A stretch of 64,000 nt of DNA from Squalus acanthias (GCA_030390025.1 CM059432.1:60948001-61012000), one strand, 5' to 3'; positions 39,801 through 51,878 are shown, counted from the stretch's first letter. Notes: generated by a model not told the origin, from the letters alone. Translations and numbers: made by a program.

Positions 39801-41849
39801 CATGAAATGGTTACTGTGGTTCAGGAGAGTGAGACAACTTTTAAAGCATTGACACATACTCCATCGAGAAACTATCTAATTAATGAAACAATCAGAATAG
39901 AGTTAAACACACTGTTAGAGGGAATGAAATCATAGTTGAAGTGGAGAGTTACATGGAATTTGGATTGGGACAATTGAGGGCTAAGGAGAAATCATGCTTA
40001 GCAAGAATTAACTACAAGATGGATACGAGTAAAAGAGATCTGGAGAATCTTTTAAGTCCATGATTTGTTGATTTAAATGTTAAACTGTAGTGTCGCTTGA
40101 AGTAATTGTAAGACTGAATTATAACTGTGACTGTATTAATTGTGTTTTGTAGGTAACAGAGTGTGGGAAAAAACAGTACGAATCTAGTATGAGGTGCCTC
40201 CTGTGTCACTACTACCGCAACTACCATGCTTTAAGGGTCTAACAGGACCTGTCCCATTAATAGTCCCAGATTCTGCTTCACACCACATCTACCCACAACC
40301 ATCAGCCAACACGTTTTACTCAATATCAAAACCTATGCTCAAGTGAAACTGACAGTAAATGAGACACTTAAGTATGAGCTGCACAATTATGTGGCACAAT
40401 TCGGGTACGACATTCCCCTGTTGTCTGAGGGCTTCAGTGAGCTCGTGATGTGACTGAACTCCTCCCTAAAGCATTTTTATGTTTTGGAGCAAGACTACTC
40501 AAGAATAGATATTGAAATTGACAGCATAGGGGACGATTCACACTGGTGGGATATTGGGCTTAACCAGCACTAACAAATTAATTAAGCACACTGAAAGAGA
40601 AGATCCAAAGCAAAATAGGGGAGACCCCAGGCGAGGTAAGATCAGGATAGATAGAAGAAGCAGAGGAATTGGAACACCGGAACAGTGAATTGAATTTGAG
40701 TAAGGGGTCAGAGGTTGCTCCTCCCCATCAAAGAAATGGACTGTAAGGAAGGGGGAAATCTTCATTTCTAAGTCTCCCTACTAACTAACGGCCAAGTTGA
40801 GAAAGCAATAAGCAAATTAGGGGACTGCAAGTGGTGGGAAGTAGCTTATAATGCCAGCCAGTATCCCTGGGCACGAATAGTATCAGTGGGCCGATAACTT
40901 ACAACTAGTTAGATTAGTCAAGAGCCGATTGTGAGAAGTCATTAAGGATATTACCTTCTCAAGGTGGGGAGATGTAAGAAATCGTGGATTGGAAAATTAA
41001 TAGTCTGTTACAGGTTCCCTAGTTCAGCAGTTTGCCTAAGTTGATGACACAGAAGGATTCCAGTCATGTCAGAAAAAGAGTTGTTGAGAAAGCTGAATTA
41101 CGAGGTCAGAACACAAAAACAGGCCTTCAAGTGGGCATAGCTAGCCCTGATAAGGGATGCAGCAAGGAGCCGTAGGATAAACAAGCTGTCTACGAGAGGG
41201 CAACAAGGCCTTTAGAACAGAGATAGGGAAATAACTGACCTCAGCAAGATGGGAGGGGAGGCTGTCAGAGGTACCTTGTCCCTTGTAATTGGACAATGGG
41301 ATGGGTAAAAATGATTGACACCAGGTATCCACCAACCCATCGAAATAAGGTGTAAAAAACGGGCGACCGAGAGAGGAAAACAGGCAGTTAGGGGCGAAGG
41401 CTACTCCGAGGTGGATGCATGCTGGCTACGTCCTAACACCTTGGTCAAGTTTAGCTTCTGGGGTGGATCGCTGCTGGCCAACGGCCTAACACCTCCAACA
41501 GCTCGAGGGACGACCCAACAGAAGTGACCTCTGCCGCAGGCTGCAGGGATCCACCCAATCCGAGACCACCATTCTGCTTCACCGTCCATCCGTCCGGACG
41601 TTCCGTTCCGCTCCGGGGCCATAGATCACCCTCATCTGTCATGGGTTGTATGTCTACTGTATCTATTTCAATCGCATGTAGTATCTGATTACACTTAAAC
41701 TGTAGCTCTTTAATAAAAAGCTTGTAAAATTAAATAAATCTGTTGGACTATAACCTGGTGTTGTGCGACTTCTCATTTTAATAAAAAGCCTTACAACTCC
41801 GAAGACCCTTCGTGTAATCTGTGTGTGACCTGCGATCCTAAATCTTACA
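36878..41849 (+). mobile_element. Two-LTR retroelement (non-autonomous ERV/LTR-type): 5' LTR 36878-37688, 3' LTR 40973-41849
   Basis: Two highly similar LTRs of about 0.8 kb with TGTAAGA...TCTTACA termini and AATAAA. PBS follows the 5' LTR and a purine-rich tract (40961-40972) precedes the 3' LTR. Flanks AGGG/GGGG form an imperfect TSD. Confidence 0.93.
37690..37707 (+). promoter_or_regulatory. Primer-binding site complementary to the 3' end of tRNA-Leu(CAA)
   Basis: TGGTGTCAGAAGTGGGAT begins after one spacer nucleotide following the LTR end. Confidence 0.85.
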
Positions 41850-42874
41850 GGGGGGAGTCAGGACCGATCAAAGCGACGGAGGAGCAGCGGGGGGGGGGGG
41901 GAGGGGAGGGTCTGGAGCAGACCAGGGGCCAGAGGAGCAGGGGAGATGGGGTTCAGAGCATTATCTGATGACCAGGAGGAGCACGGGGGGCCAGGAGGAG
42001 CAGGTGGGCAGAGGAGGAGGAGTGGCGAGGAGGCAGACAATTTCGGAGGGCCGGAGGAGCATGAGGAGGGGAGGCCTCATGGTGGGAATTGGAGGCTTCG
42101 TCGGGGGGGTCTCTGATCATCGGGGGTAGGTTGGGCAGGGACGCTGGATCCAGGAGGTAAGTGTAAAGGTACTTACCACCTGGATCCAGCAGTCCTTGCC
42201 TTCCATTAGCTGGTGGGTTTCATGAGGCCTGCAAAACCCGACCAGCGACAGTTAACTTTGAAATGGAGGTTAAATCTGAGGCACGGCAGCCTCATTATAA
42301 TATTTAAATAGGCGACCCAATTCCTGTGAGCGGGTTGGCTGTCTGCCCCCATCTCACCTCCGTTCAAACCGGAAGTGGGCGAGTTGGAGGCGGGTTGTGG
42401 TCGGGATTCAGATTTTTAACACTTTAATTTCCCACACACCAACCCACCTGTTTGTTTTGGTTTAAAATTCCCCCCAATGAGTCAGATTTGCATTGGTAGA
42501 TATAAATAGCACCTTTAATATGCATTGTAATCTTCTCGTACAATAATGCACATTATGGGCCATTCTGTTTCCCTGCAGCCAACACATCGCTCCACTGCCT
42601 GATTACCATTTTAGCAGAGCATTTCCAATCCAGGAGGGAAGGTAAAGAAAGGTCAGAAAAACTAACAGAACCGGTTCCACCCACCAGAAGCATATTTCAT
42701 CGTCCAGATTGTGACACCCTCCTGGAAGAGTATGAGGGTATATAGGCCAGTGGATAGCAGCAGTATGGATCTAACAGGGCAAATAAGAGTTAAAAGAGCA
42801 ATTACACTGACATTCATATGTGCCTAGCAATGAACCAGTAACAATGGCATTGTGTTAAACCTGGACTACATAGT

Positions 42875-43564
42875 GGCCTCAATATTACCCCCCACCCCCA
42901 AAATGGACAGGAGGAGGTCAGGGGAAGGGGGGGGTTAAACCATAAAAAAGGTGAAACGCGACCCCAACCCGAAGCGTACGAGCTTGCCACCATTTTTACG
43001 ATGGCGGGTAGCGAGGCATACGAGTGTCCCGTTTTGGAGAAGCGGGAAAGTTCATTAACATATTTAAATTAGGCTCCTACAGTGCAATTGGGAGCCTGAT
43101 TTAAATTTAACTGCTGCTGCGCGGGTTTCCCAGGGGTCCTGGCATTGAAATGGTGGCGGGAGCTGCCAGCTCCAAAAGGCAAGTGTTTCTTATAGCACTC
43201 CTTATGGGCCAGGAGGAGCAGAGTGCGTCGCCAGCCCCTCAAGGAAACCTTCGGCCTCCCTTCTGCCAACTGCAGCCTCTGTCTAGCCTGCCCCACGATT
43301 TCAGCCAGCCTACCCCGCCCCACCCCCAATCTGCAGTTTCCTCCCCTCCTGATTGCGGGAGACTGATCCCAAGGGTCTCCTGCCACTAGTTTTCCCATCC
43401 AGTAGCCAGCCGGCCTGTCAATTTGGCCGGCTGCCGGGCGGGAATCGTAAGAAAAAAATTATAACGAGGTCCTGCCGTTAAATTCGGCTAGCCCTCCATA
43501 CCCCTGGCCTTGCCAGGTTTCCCCCACACCACTACACTCCCCCTTCCCTGTAAATATCAGGGCC
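42875..43564. mobile_element. Harbinger-type MITE
   Basis: Termini GGCCTCAATATT / AATATCAGGGCC. Shares internal motifs with the other GC-rich MITEs. Confidence 0.6.
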
Positions 43565-43667
43565 AATATGTCAGTTATCTCTTTGCTCTTGAAGCTCTGA
43601 GTTAAATGAGTGGAGATTTGCAGTTTGTTTTTATTTCAACTTGTATCATTGTATTGAAAAAGACATA

Positions 43668-44885
43668 GGGTATATTATTTTCTTCACTGCCTGGGCGGGT
43701 AATCTGCCAGAATGGACCACCTGCCCATTATAGAACCTGCCCGATTTTAATTTCAGGAGGTGGGTCGTCTATTTAAATATTATAATGAGGCAACCCAAGC
43801 ACCCCACCCACCCGCCCCTTCAACCACCGTCTGCCCCACCTGTGACAGAGACTGTAGGTCCCGCATCAGACTCATCAGTCACCTGAGAACCTATTTTTAA
43901 TGTGGAAGCAAGTCATCCTCGGTTCCGAGGGACTGCCTAAGAGATAATGAGGCTGGAAGCCTCTGTTTTAATCTCCATTTTGTATTTAACTTTAGTTGGT
44001 CTGGTTTTGCACACCTTGTGATACCCGCCAGCTAAAGCAAGGCGAGGACTGTTGTATCCAGGAGGTAAGTGCTTTTACACTTACCTCCTGGATCCAGGGT
44101 CCCTGCCTAACCCACCCCCCGCAATCGGAGACCCCCCCACGAGGCCTCCGATCCCCCCCCGTCCAGCCCTACGATCCCCCCCAGGCCTACGATCCCCTCC
44201 CCCACACCCAGGCATCTGATACTCCCACCATGCTCCTCTGGCCCCCGATCCTCGGGACCCGCCTCACCCCCTGCTATGTCCGCTCCACGGCCCCTGATCG
44301 ATCTTCAGACCCACCCACCCCCGACCCCCGCTCCTCCATGACTCCAATTGATCTTCTGACCCTCCCCCACCCCCCTCCAGGCCGCCGATCGATCTTCAGA
44401 CACTCCTCCACTCTCCGCTCCACCACGCTGCCAATCTTCACACCCAACCGCCCCCCACCTCGCTCCTCCAGGCCGCTGATCGATCTTTAGACCACCCCCT
44501 GCTGCTATGGTTGCTCCCCGGCCCCTGATCGATTTTCAGACCCATCCACCCTCGCTCCTCCACGCCACCAATCTTCAGACCCAACTCTCCTCCCCTGCTC
44601 CTCCGATCGATCTTCAGACCCTCCCCTGCTCCTCCAGGCCGACCATGGTCCCCATACGATCCCTACCTCCCTCCTCTGTGCAGCCTCGTGCCACAGGCCT
44701 ATCCGCCCGGAGCTAGCCAGCCTCTCAATCTGGCTGGCTGCGGGTGGGAAACAAAAGCTTCACATTCACATCAGGCCCTGCCGTTAAATTTGGCAGGGCC
44801 TACAGCAAACCTGCTCTTCCGGGTTTCCCAACCACCTCAGAGCCACCCTGGCCCCCAACCCGCCTTCATGATTAAAATTCAGCCC
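43668..44885. mobile_element. Harbinger-type MITE (reverse relative of 36594-42475) containing an RTE insert
   Basis: Right terminus TTAAAATTCAGCCC, a shared central hairpin, and a C-rich degenerate tandem array. Confidence 0.65.
43792..43943 (+). mobile_element. Short RTE 3' end copy
   Basis: 10-bp TSD ATAATGAGGC (43782-43791, 43944-43953). Confidence 0.88.
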
Positions 44886-45097
44886 ATTATATTCAAAAGC
44901 TTTTAAAACGTGTCTATTAGTGTACTTGCGCCTAAAAAAGCTTAATTTAAAGAGCCTCCTTGAAGGCCCGCAAATGGACCCAATTAGCGGAAACTCGCAA
45001 TGGTGATTAATTCGATCGGGGGCATAGCCAGTTTTGTGGGCAGAGCCAATTTCTAGCCTGATGTTTTTTAAACAGTGCACAAAATCGCGGAAACTCG

Positions 45098-46020
45098 ATG
45101 CGGATGATACCAAATTGGGGGGGGATTGTCAATACTGAGGAGGACTGCAACAAGTTACAGGAGGACATTAATAAACTTGCAGAATGGGCATATAATTGGC
45201 AAATGAAGTTCAACACAAATAAATGTGAGGTATTACATTTTGGTAGGAAGACTCGGGTGTGACTCGGGAGGTCACTTATTACTTGGAGGGTGCGAGTCTA
45301 GGTGGGGAAGAGGAACAAAGGGATCTTGGAGTACAAATACACAAATCACTGAAAGTTGCGACACAGGTTAGCAAGGCCATAAAAAAAGCAAACCAAGCAC
45401 TAGGGTTTATTTCTAGAGGGATAGAATTGAAAAGTAGGGAAGTTATGCTAAACCTGTATCGAACCTTGGTTAGACCACACTTAGAGTACTGTGTACAGTT
45501 CTGGTCGCCATATTATAAAAAGGATATAGAGGCACTGGAGAGGGTGCAGAGAAGATTTACAAGGATGATACCAGAAATGCGAGGGTATACATATCAGGAA
45601 AGGATGAACAGGCTGGGTCTCTTTTCTCTTGAAAAAAGAAGGCTGAGGGGTGACCTAATAGAGGTGTTTAAAATTGTGAGAGGTTTTGATAGAGTGGATA
45701 GAGAGAAAATGTTTCCACATGTGGGGAAGAGCATAACTAGAGGCCATCAATATAAGATAGTCACCAAGAAATCCAATAGGGAATTCAGAAGAGTGGTGAG
45801 AATGTGGAACTCGCTACCACAGGGAGTGGTTGAAGCGAATAGTATAGATGCATTTAAGGGGAGCCTAGACAAGCATATGAGGGAGAAGGGAATAGAGGGT
45901 TATGCTGATAGACTTAGATGAGGAAAGACGGGAGGAGGCTCGAGTGGTGCATAAATGCCGGCATGGACTGGTTGGGCCGAATGGCCTGTTTCTGTGCCAT
46001 ATATCCTATGTAATCCTATG
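45098..46020 (+). mobile_element. CR1 LINE 3' fragment
   Basis: ORF 45259-45921 encodes the CR1 ORF2 C-terminus. Begins at ADDTKLGG and ends in the CR1 tail. Confidence 0.93.
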
Positions 46021-46123
46021 ATGTGCGCTGGAAATTCCGCGATCTTTTGTGCTGGTTAAGCCGATTTTGGCCGAATTGCACCGGAAAAAACAGCGCAAAC
46101 TAGTGGAAACTCCAGGCCAATAT

Positions 46124-46217
46124 GGCCCGTATTTTCCGATCCCTCCAGGTGTGTACGAGCTGTGTACCTCGCGTAGGGACCTTGCAAGTGCCAGCCTCCA
46201 ATTGGAAAATACGGGCC
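46124..46217. mobile_element. 94-bp MITE with perfect 14-bp TIRs
   Basis: GGCCCGTATTTTCC / GGAAAATACGGGCC, flanked by AT on both sides. Confidence 0.8.
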
Positions 46218-46723
46218 ATTATTTGAAAAGTAAAATATATCTAAAATGTTGTCTTATGCATACAAAATTCAAGCTTCTAGTACTTCACGCGAATGTACAG
46301 CTTCATTTGGTCCTTATTGTTGTAGTTTCAAAGAATGTTATACACAGATTTATTCATTGAACCGCCTCTACGGCAAATATATCCTCCCTCAGATAAGGAG
46401 ACCAAAACTGTGTACAGTACTTCAGGTGTGGCCTCACCAAAGCCCTGTATAATTGTAGCAAGACTTCCTTACTCTTGTACTCCAAACCCTTGCAATAAAG
46501 GCCAACATGCCATTTGCCTTCCTAATTGCTTGCTGTAACTGCATGCTAACTCTCTGTGTTTCCTGTACGAGACACCTAAATCTCACTGAACGCCAACATT
46601 TAGTCGTTTCTCACCATTTAAAAAATATTCTGTTTTTCTATTCTTCCTACCAAAGTGAATAACTTCACATTTCCCCACATTATACTCCATCTGCCACTTT
46701 ATTGCCCACTCACTTAACCTATA

Positions 46724-49700
46724 ACATAAGAACATAAGAAATAGGAGCAGGGGTAGGCCATTTGGCCCTTCGAGCCTGCTCCGCCATTCAATAAGATCAT
46801 GGCTGATCTTCTACCTCATCTCCATTTCCTGCACTATCCCCATATCCCTTGATTTCCTTAATATTCAAAAATCTATCGCTCTCTGTCTTGAATATACTCA
46901 ACGATTGAGCCTCCACAGCCCTCTAGGGTAGAGAATTCCAAGGATTCACCACCCTCTGAGTGAAGAAATTTCTCCTCATCTCAATCCTAAATGGCCAACC
47001 CCTTATTCTGAGACTGTGACCCCTGGTTCTAGACTCCCCGGTCAGGGGAAACATTCTCCCTGCATCAACCCTGTCAAGCCCTGTAAGAATTTTGTATGTC
47101 TCAATGAGATCACCTCTCATTCTTCTAAACTCTAGAGAGTGTAGGCCTAGTCTACTCAATCTCTCCTCACAGGACAATACCGCTATCCCAGGAACCAGTC
47201 TGGTGAACCTTTGTTGCACTCCCTCTATGGCAAGTATATCCTTCCTTAGGTAAGGAGACCAAAACTGAACACAATACTCCAGGTGTGGTCTCACCAGGGC
47301 CCTATATAATTGCAGTAAGACGTCTTTACTCTTATATTCAAATCCTCTTGTAATAAAGGGCAACATACCATTTGCTTTCCTAATTGCTTACTGTACCTGC
47401 ATGTTAACTTTCAGTGATTCGTGTACAAGGACACCCAGGTCCCTCTGAACACCAACATTTCCCAATCTCTCACCATTTACAAAATACTCTGCTTTTCTAT
47501 TTTTCCTACCAAAGTGGATAACTTCACATTTCTCCACATTATATTCCATTTGCCATGTTCTTGCCCATTCACTTAACCTGTCTATATCCCCTTGAAGCCT
47601 TTTTGCATCCTCCTCACAACTTACATTCCCACCCAGCTTTGTATCATCAGCAAATCATTGATGTAGATTGTGAATCATTGGTGTAGATTGTGAATAGCTG
47701 AGGCTCAAGCACTGATCCTTGTGGTACCCCACTAGTTACAGCCTGCCAACCCCAAAATGATCGATTTATTCCTACTCTCTGTTTTCTGTCCATTAGCCAA
47801 TCCTCAGTCCATACTAGTATATTACCCCCAATCCCATGAGCCCTAATTTTGTTTAATAACCTCTTGTGTGGCACCTTATCGAATGCCTTCTGAAAATCCA
47901 AATACACCACATCCACTGGTTCCCCCTTATCTATTCTGTTAGTTACAACCTCAAAAAATTCGAACAGATTTGTCAAACATGATTTCCCTTTCGTAAATCC
48001 GTGTTGACTCTGCCCAATCCTATCATTATTTTCTAAGTGCCCTGTTACCACATCCTTAATAATAGATTCTAGCATTTTCCCTGCTACTGATGTCAGGCTA
48101 ACTGGTGTGTAGTTTCCCGTTTTCTCTCTCCCTCCTTTCTTAAATAGTGGGGCTACATTTGCTACCTTCCAATCCGCGGGAACTGTTCTAGAATCTATGG
48201 AATTTGGGAAGATGACAACCAATGCATCCACTATCGTTTTCAAAACCCTAGGATGTAGGCCATCAGGTCCAGGGGATTTATTGGCTTTCAGTCCTATTAA
48301 TTTCTCCAGTACTATTTTTTTCCTAATACTAATTTCTTTCAGTTCCTCATTTTCGCTAGATCCTTGGTTCTCCACTATTTCCGGGAAGTTTTTTGCATCT
48401 TCTTCCGTGAAGACAGACACAAAGGCCGCGATTTTGTCATTGGATGCGGCTTGGGAGCGAGTCAGCTGATTTCCGGGTTCCAGTCCCGCCCCCAACTGCA
48501 TCCGGCCCACGGACGTGATTTTACGTCGATTGACATTGTTAAGCCCGCCCTGCGGGCTTGCCGGCCAATTAAGAGGAAGCTGGTCAGATGACGTCATTTG
48601 ATGACGGGTCATCTGCTGGTTTTCTTAAAGGGACCACGCACAATTTTTTTTGACAGCTCATTTCTCAGTGTTTGACAGCATTGAGGTGCTGCAAACACTG
48701 ACAATCACTGTACAAAGGTGAGCTCTTGCACCCAGGCTCTCCAGTGACTCCCTCCTTAGGCTAGAACAGATGGCAACTGCAGGTGAGGTTACAGAAGCGA
48801 TCTGTCACTGGTGAGAGAGGTTCTCCCAATGAGGTGGTACTAGACATCCAATTCAAAACTTGTTACCTACAGAAAAGTGTAAATGCATTAAAAATGATTT
48901 CCCCAACATTTTCTTACCTCTGAAACTCACCAGTGCACCATTTGATCCTTCACACCACTTCTGCAGCTGTCATCAATGCAGAAACATTACAGCAGACTCA
49001 CAACACGCCACACTTACCTGGCGTCGGGAAACCCGAGGCAGAAGCGGCAAAATTGAAAAAGAGCCTGTTAACAACTATCAAGTACCTGTTAACAGGCAGT
49101 TAAGTGGTTATAATCCTCTTCCCGCCGCTAGGTGTCGGGTCCATGCGCAAATCGGGGACCCGACACTTGGGAAGATTAATTGGAGGCAGGTTGACAGCGG
49201 GTTTCCTACCCGCTGTCAATCTTTGCGATTTTGACAGCGGTCCCACCTTCAAACCCGCACTCTAAGTGCCGGCAAAATTCCGGCCAAAGTATTTGTTTAA
49301 TTTCCTTGCCATTTCCTTATTCCCCATTATAATTTCTCCTGTCTCAGTCTGTAAGGGAGCCACATTTACTTTCATTAATTTTTTCCTTTTTACATACCAA
49401 TGGAAGCTTTTACAGTCTGTTTTTATGTCTCTCGCTAGTTTACTCTCATATTCTATTTTCCCTTTCTTTATCAATTTCTTGGTCCTCCTTTGCTGAATTC
49501 TAAAATCCTCCTAATCCTCAGGCTTACTACTCTTTTTGGCAACATTATAAGCCTCTTCCTTTGATCTAATACTTTCTTTAACTTCTCTTGTTAGCCACGG
49601 TTGGACCACTTTTCCTGTGGGGTTTTTGTGCCTTAAAGGAATGCATATTTGTTGTAAATTATGTATTAATTCTTTAAATGCTAGTCATTGCTTGTCTACC

Positions 49701-51878
49701 ATCATACCTTTTAATGTCGTTTCCCAATCTACCTTAGCCAACTCACCCCTCGCAGTTTGCTTTGTTTAGATTAAGACCCTAGTTTCGGATTTAACTAAAT
49801 CACTTTCAAACTCAATATAATATTCTATCATATTATGGTCACTCCTCCCTGAAGGTCCCTTTACTACAAGGTTATTAATTAACCCTTTCTCATTGCACAA
49901 TACTAGATCTAAAATAGCCTGTTCCCTAGTTAGTTCCTCAACATACTGATCTAGAAAACTATCTTGCATACATTCCATGAATTCATCCTCCACACTATTA
50001 CTGCAAATTTGGTTTGCCCAGTCTGTATATAGATTAAGGTCCCCCATGATTACTGTATTACCCTTGTTACATGCACCTCTAATTTCCTGATTTATACTCT
50101 GCCCTACATTACAACTACTGTTTGGGGGCCTATAAACAACTCCCACCAATGTTTTCTGCCCCTTGCTATTTCTTAGCTCCACCCAAACTGATTCTACTTC
50201 TCGATTTTCGGAGCTAAGATCCTTTCTCTCTACTGTCTTTATCCCATCCTTTATTATCAGGGCTACCCCTCCTCCTTTTCCATTTTGCCTATCTCTTCTA
50301 AAAGTTAAGTATCCTAGAATATTTAGTTCCCAACCTTGGCCACTTTGCAACCAGGTCTCCGTTATGCCTATAATATCAAACCTGTTCATTTCTATCTGCG
50401 CTATTAATTCATCTATTTTGTTGCGAATGCTTCGCGTATTCAGATATAGTGCCTTTAGCTTTGACTTTTTTCTATTTTTCCCTGATGTCACCTTAGTCAC
50501 TGATGCCTTATTACCTTTGTTACTCTCTCTGTCCCTTCCTGACGCACTCTGCTTATTTTTACCCAAAACTCTACTCTGCTCTAGAGCCTTGACATTTCTC
50601 TCACTGCTTTTAAATTTACTCTTTCCTGAATCCACCCACCCACCAACCCCCCTTCATTAGTTTAAAGCCCTGTCTACTGCCCTAGTTATTCAGTTCACCA
50701 GGACACAGGTCCAAGCCCAGTTTAAGTGGAGCCCGTCCCAACGGAACAGCTCCCTCTTTCCCCAGTACTGGTGTCAGTGCCCCATGAACTGAAACCCCTT
50801 CCTCCCACATCATTCTTTGAGCCACACATTTAAACCTCTAATCTGTTTGTCCCTATGCCAATTTGCACATAGCTCAGGTAACAATCCAGAGATTATTACC
50901 TTTGAGGTTCGGCTTTTTAATTTGGATCCTAGCTCCTCAAACTCCCTCAGCAGAACCTCATTCCTAGTTCTACCTACGTTGTTGGTTCCTACGTGGACCA
51001 CGACAACTGGATCCTCCCCCTCCCACTCCAAGTTCTTCTCCAGCCGTGAGGAGATGTCTTTAACCCTGGCACCGGGCAGGCAACACAACCTTCGGAACTC
51101 TCGGTCGCAGCTGCAGAGAGCAGTATCTATCCCCCTGACTATACTGTCTCCTACCACAACTACATTCCCTTTCACTCCCCACACTTGAATGGCCTCCTGC
51201 ACCAGGGTGCCATGATCAGGTTGCTCATCCATCCTGCAGGCTTTTCCCTCATCCACACAGGCAGCAAGAACTTCATGCCTGTTGGACAAGGGCAAAGGCT
51301 GAGGCTCCTCCAGTACTGCACCTGGGGGTCCCTTTACCTGCCTGAGTTGTAGTCACACCCTCCTGTCCCTGGCCACTAACCAGACCTGTACCATTACCTA
51401 ACCTAAGGGATGTGACTGCCTCCTGGATCAAAGTGTCCAGGTAACTCTCCCCATCCCTGATGTCCCGCAATGTCTGCACCTCAGACTCCAGCTCAAAAAC
51501 TCTGAGCTGAAGTTCTTCAAGATTGAGGCACTTGGTTGTCCGGGATCACAATGTTCTCCATAAACTCCCGCATGCTGCAGTTGTGGTACACCACCTGCAC
51601 TGCCATCCCTATATGACCTTGTTTTATTTAATTTAATTTAATTTAATTTAATTTGTAATTAGGTAACTTAGTTTACAGTGCAGTTTCTTGACTACTTACT
51701 TGATCTAGTTAAGGGTACTGAAATTAAATATCTACCTATAACACAAAGCACTACAAGTAGTGTAGGCAAAAAGCAGGAACTCCTTCCACCTCTTCTCCGA
51801 TTTCCCACTCTTTCCAAATTCCCAAATAAAACACTCTGTTCAAGTCCACTGCGCTTAATCCCGCTCTGTGCAGACCTG
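46724..51878 (-). mobile_element. Near full-length CR1 LINE (ORF1 with SGNH-esterase domain, ORF2 with APE and RT), degenerate, nested in an older CR1
   Basis: ORF1 motifs VVVGDSIVRG, CLPGARV and VHVGTNN. APE motifs YLNTRSIRNK, GITETWL and SDH. RT motifs YLDFQKAFDKV and VPQGSVL. Possible TSD CCTATA. The host CR1 continues at 46360-46723 and 51879-52425. Confidence 0.9.
48424..49285. mobile_element. Harbinger internal-deletion derivative inserted in CR1 ORF2
   Basis: TIRs GGCCGCGATTTTG / CAAAATTCCGGCC and TSD AAA. The left part resembles 18517-18830 and the right part resembles 29500-29719. Confidence 0.88.

Larger units (their letters stand above)
36594..42475. mobile_element. Harbinger-type MITE split by the LTR element
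   Basis: TSD AAT on both sides, termini GGCCTAAATTTTAA / TTAAAATTCCCCCC, and internal homology in reverse to 43670-44885. Confidence 0.7.

Noticed and set aside
47647..48612. 321-aa ORF as a novel fusion gene
   Set aside because: Chance in-frame read from a MITE end into degenerate CR1 ORF2.
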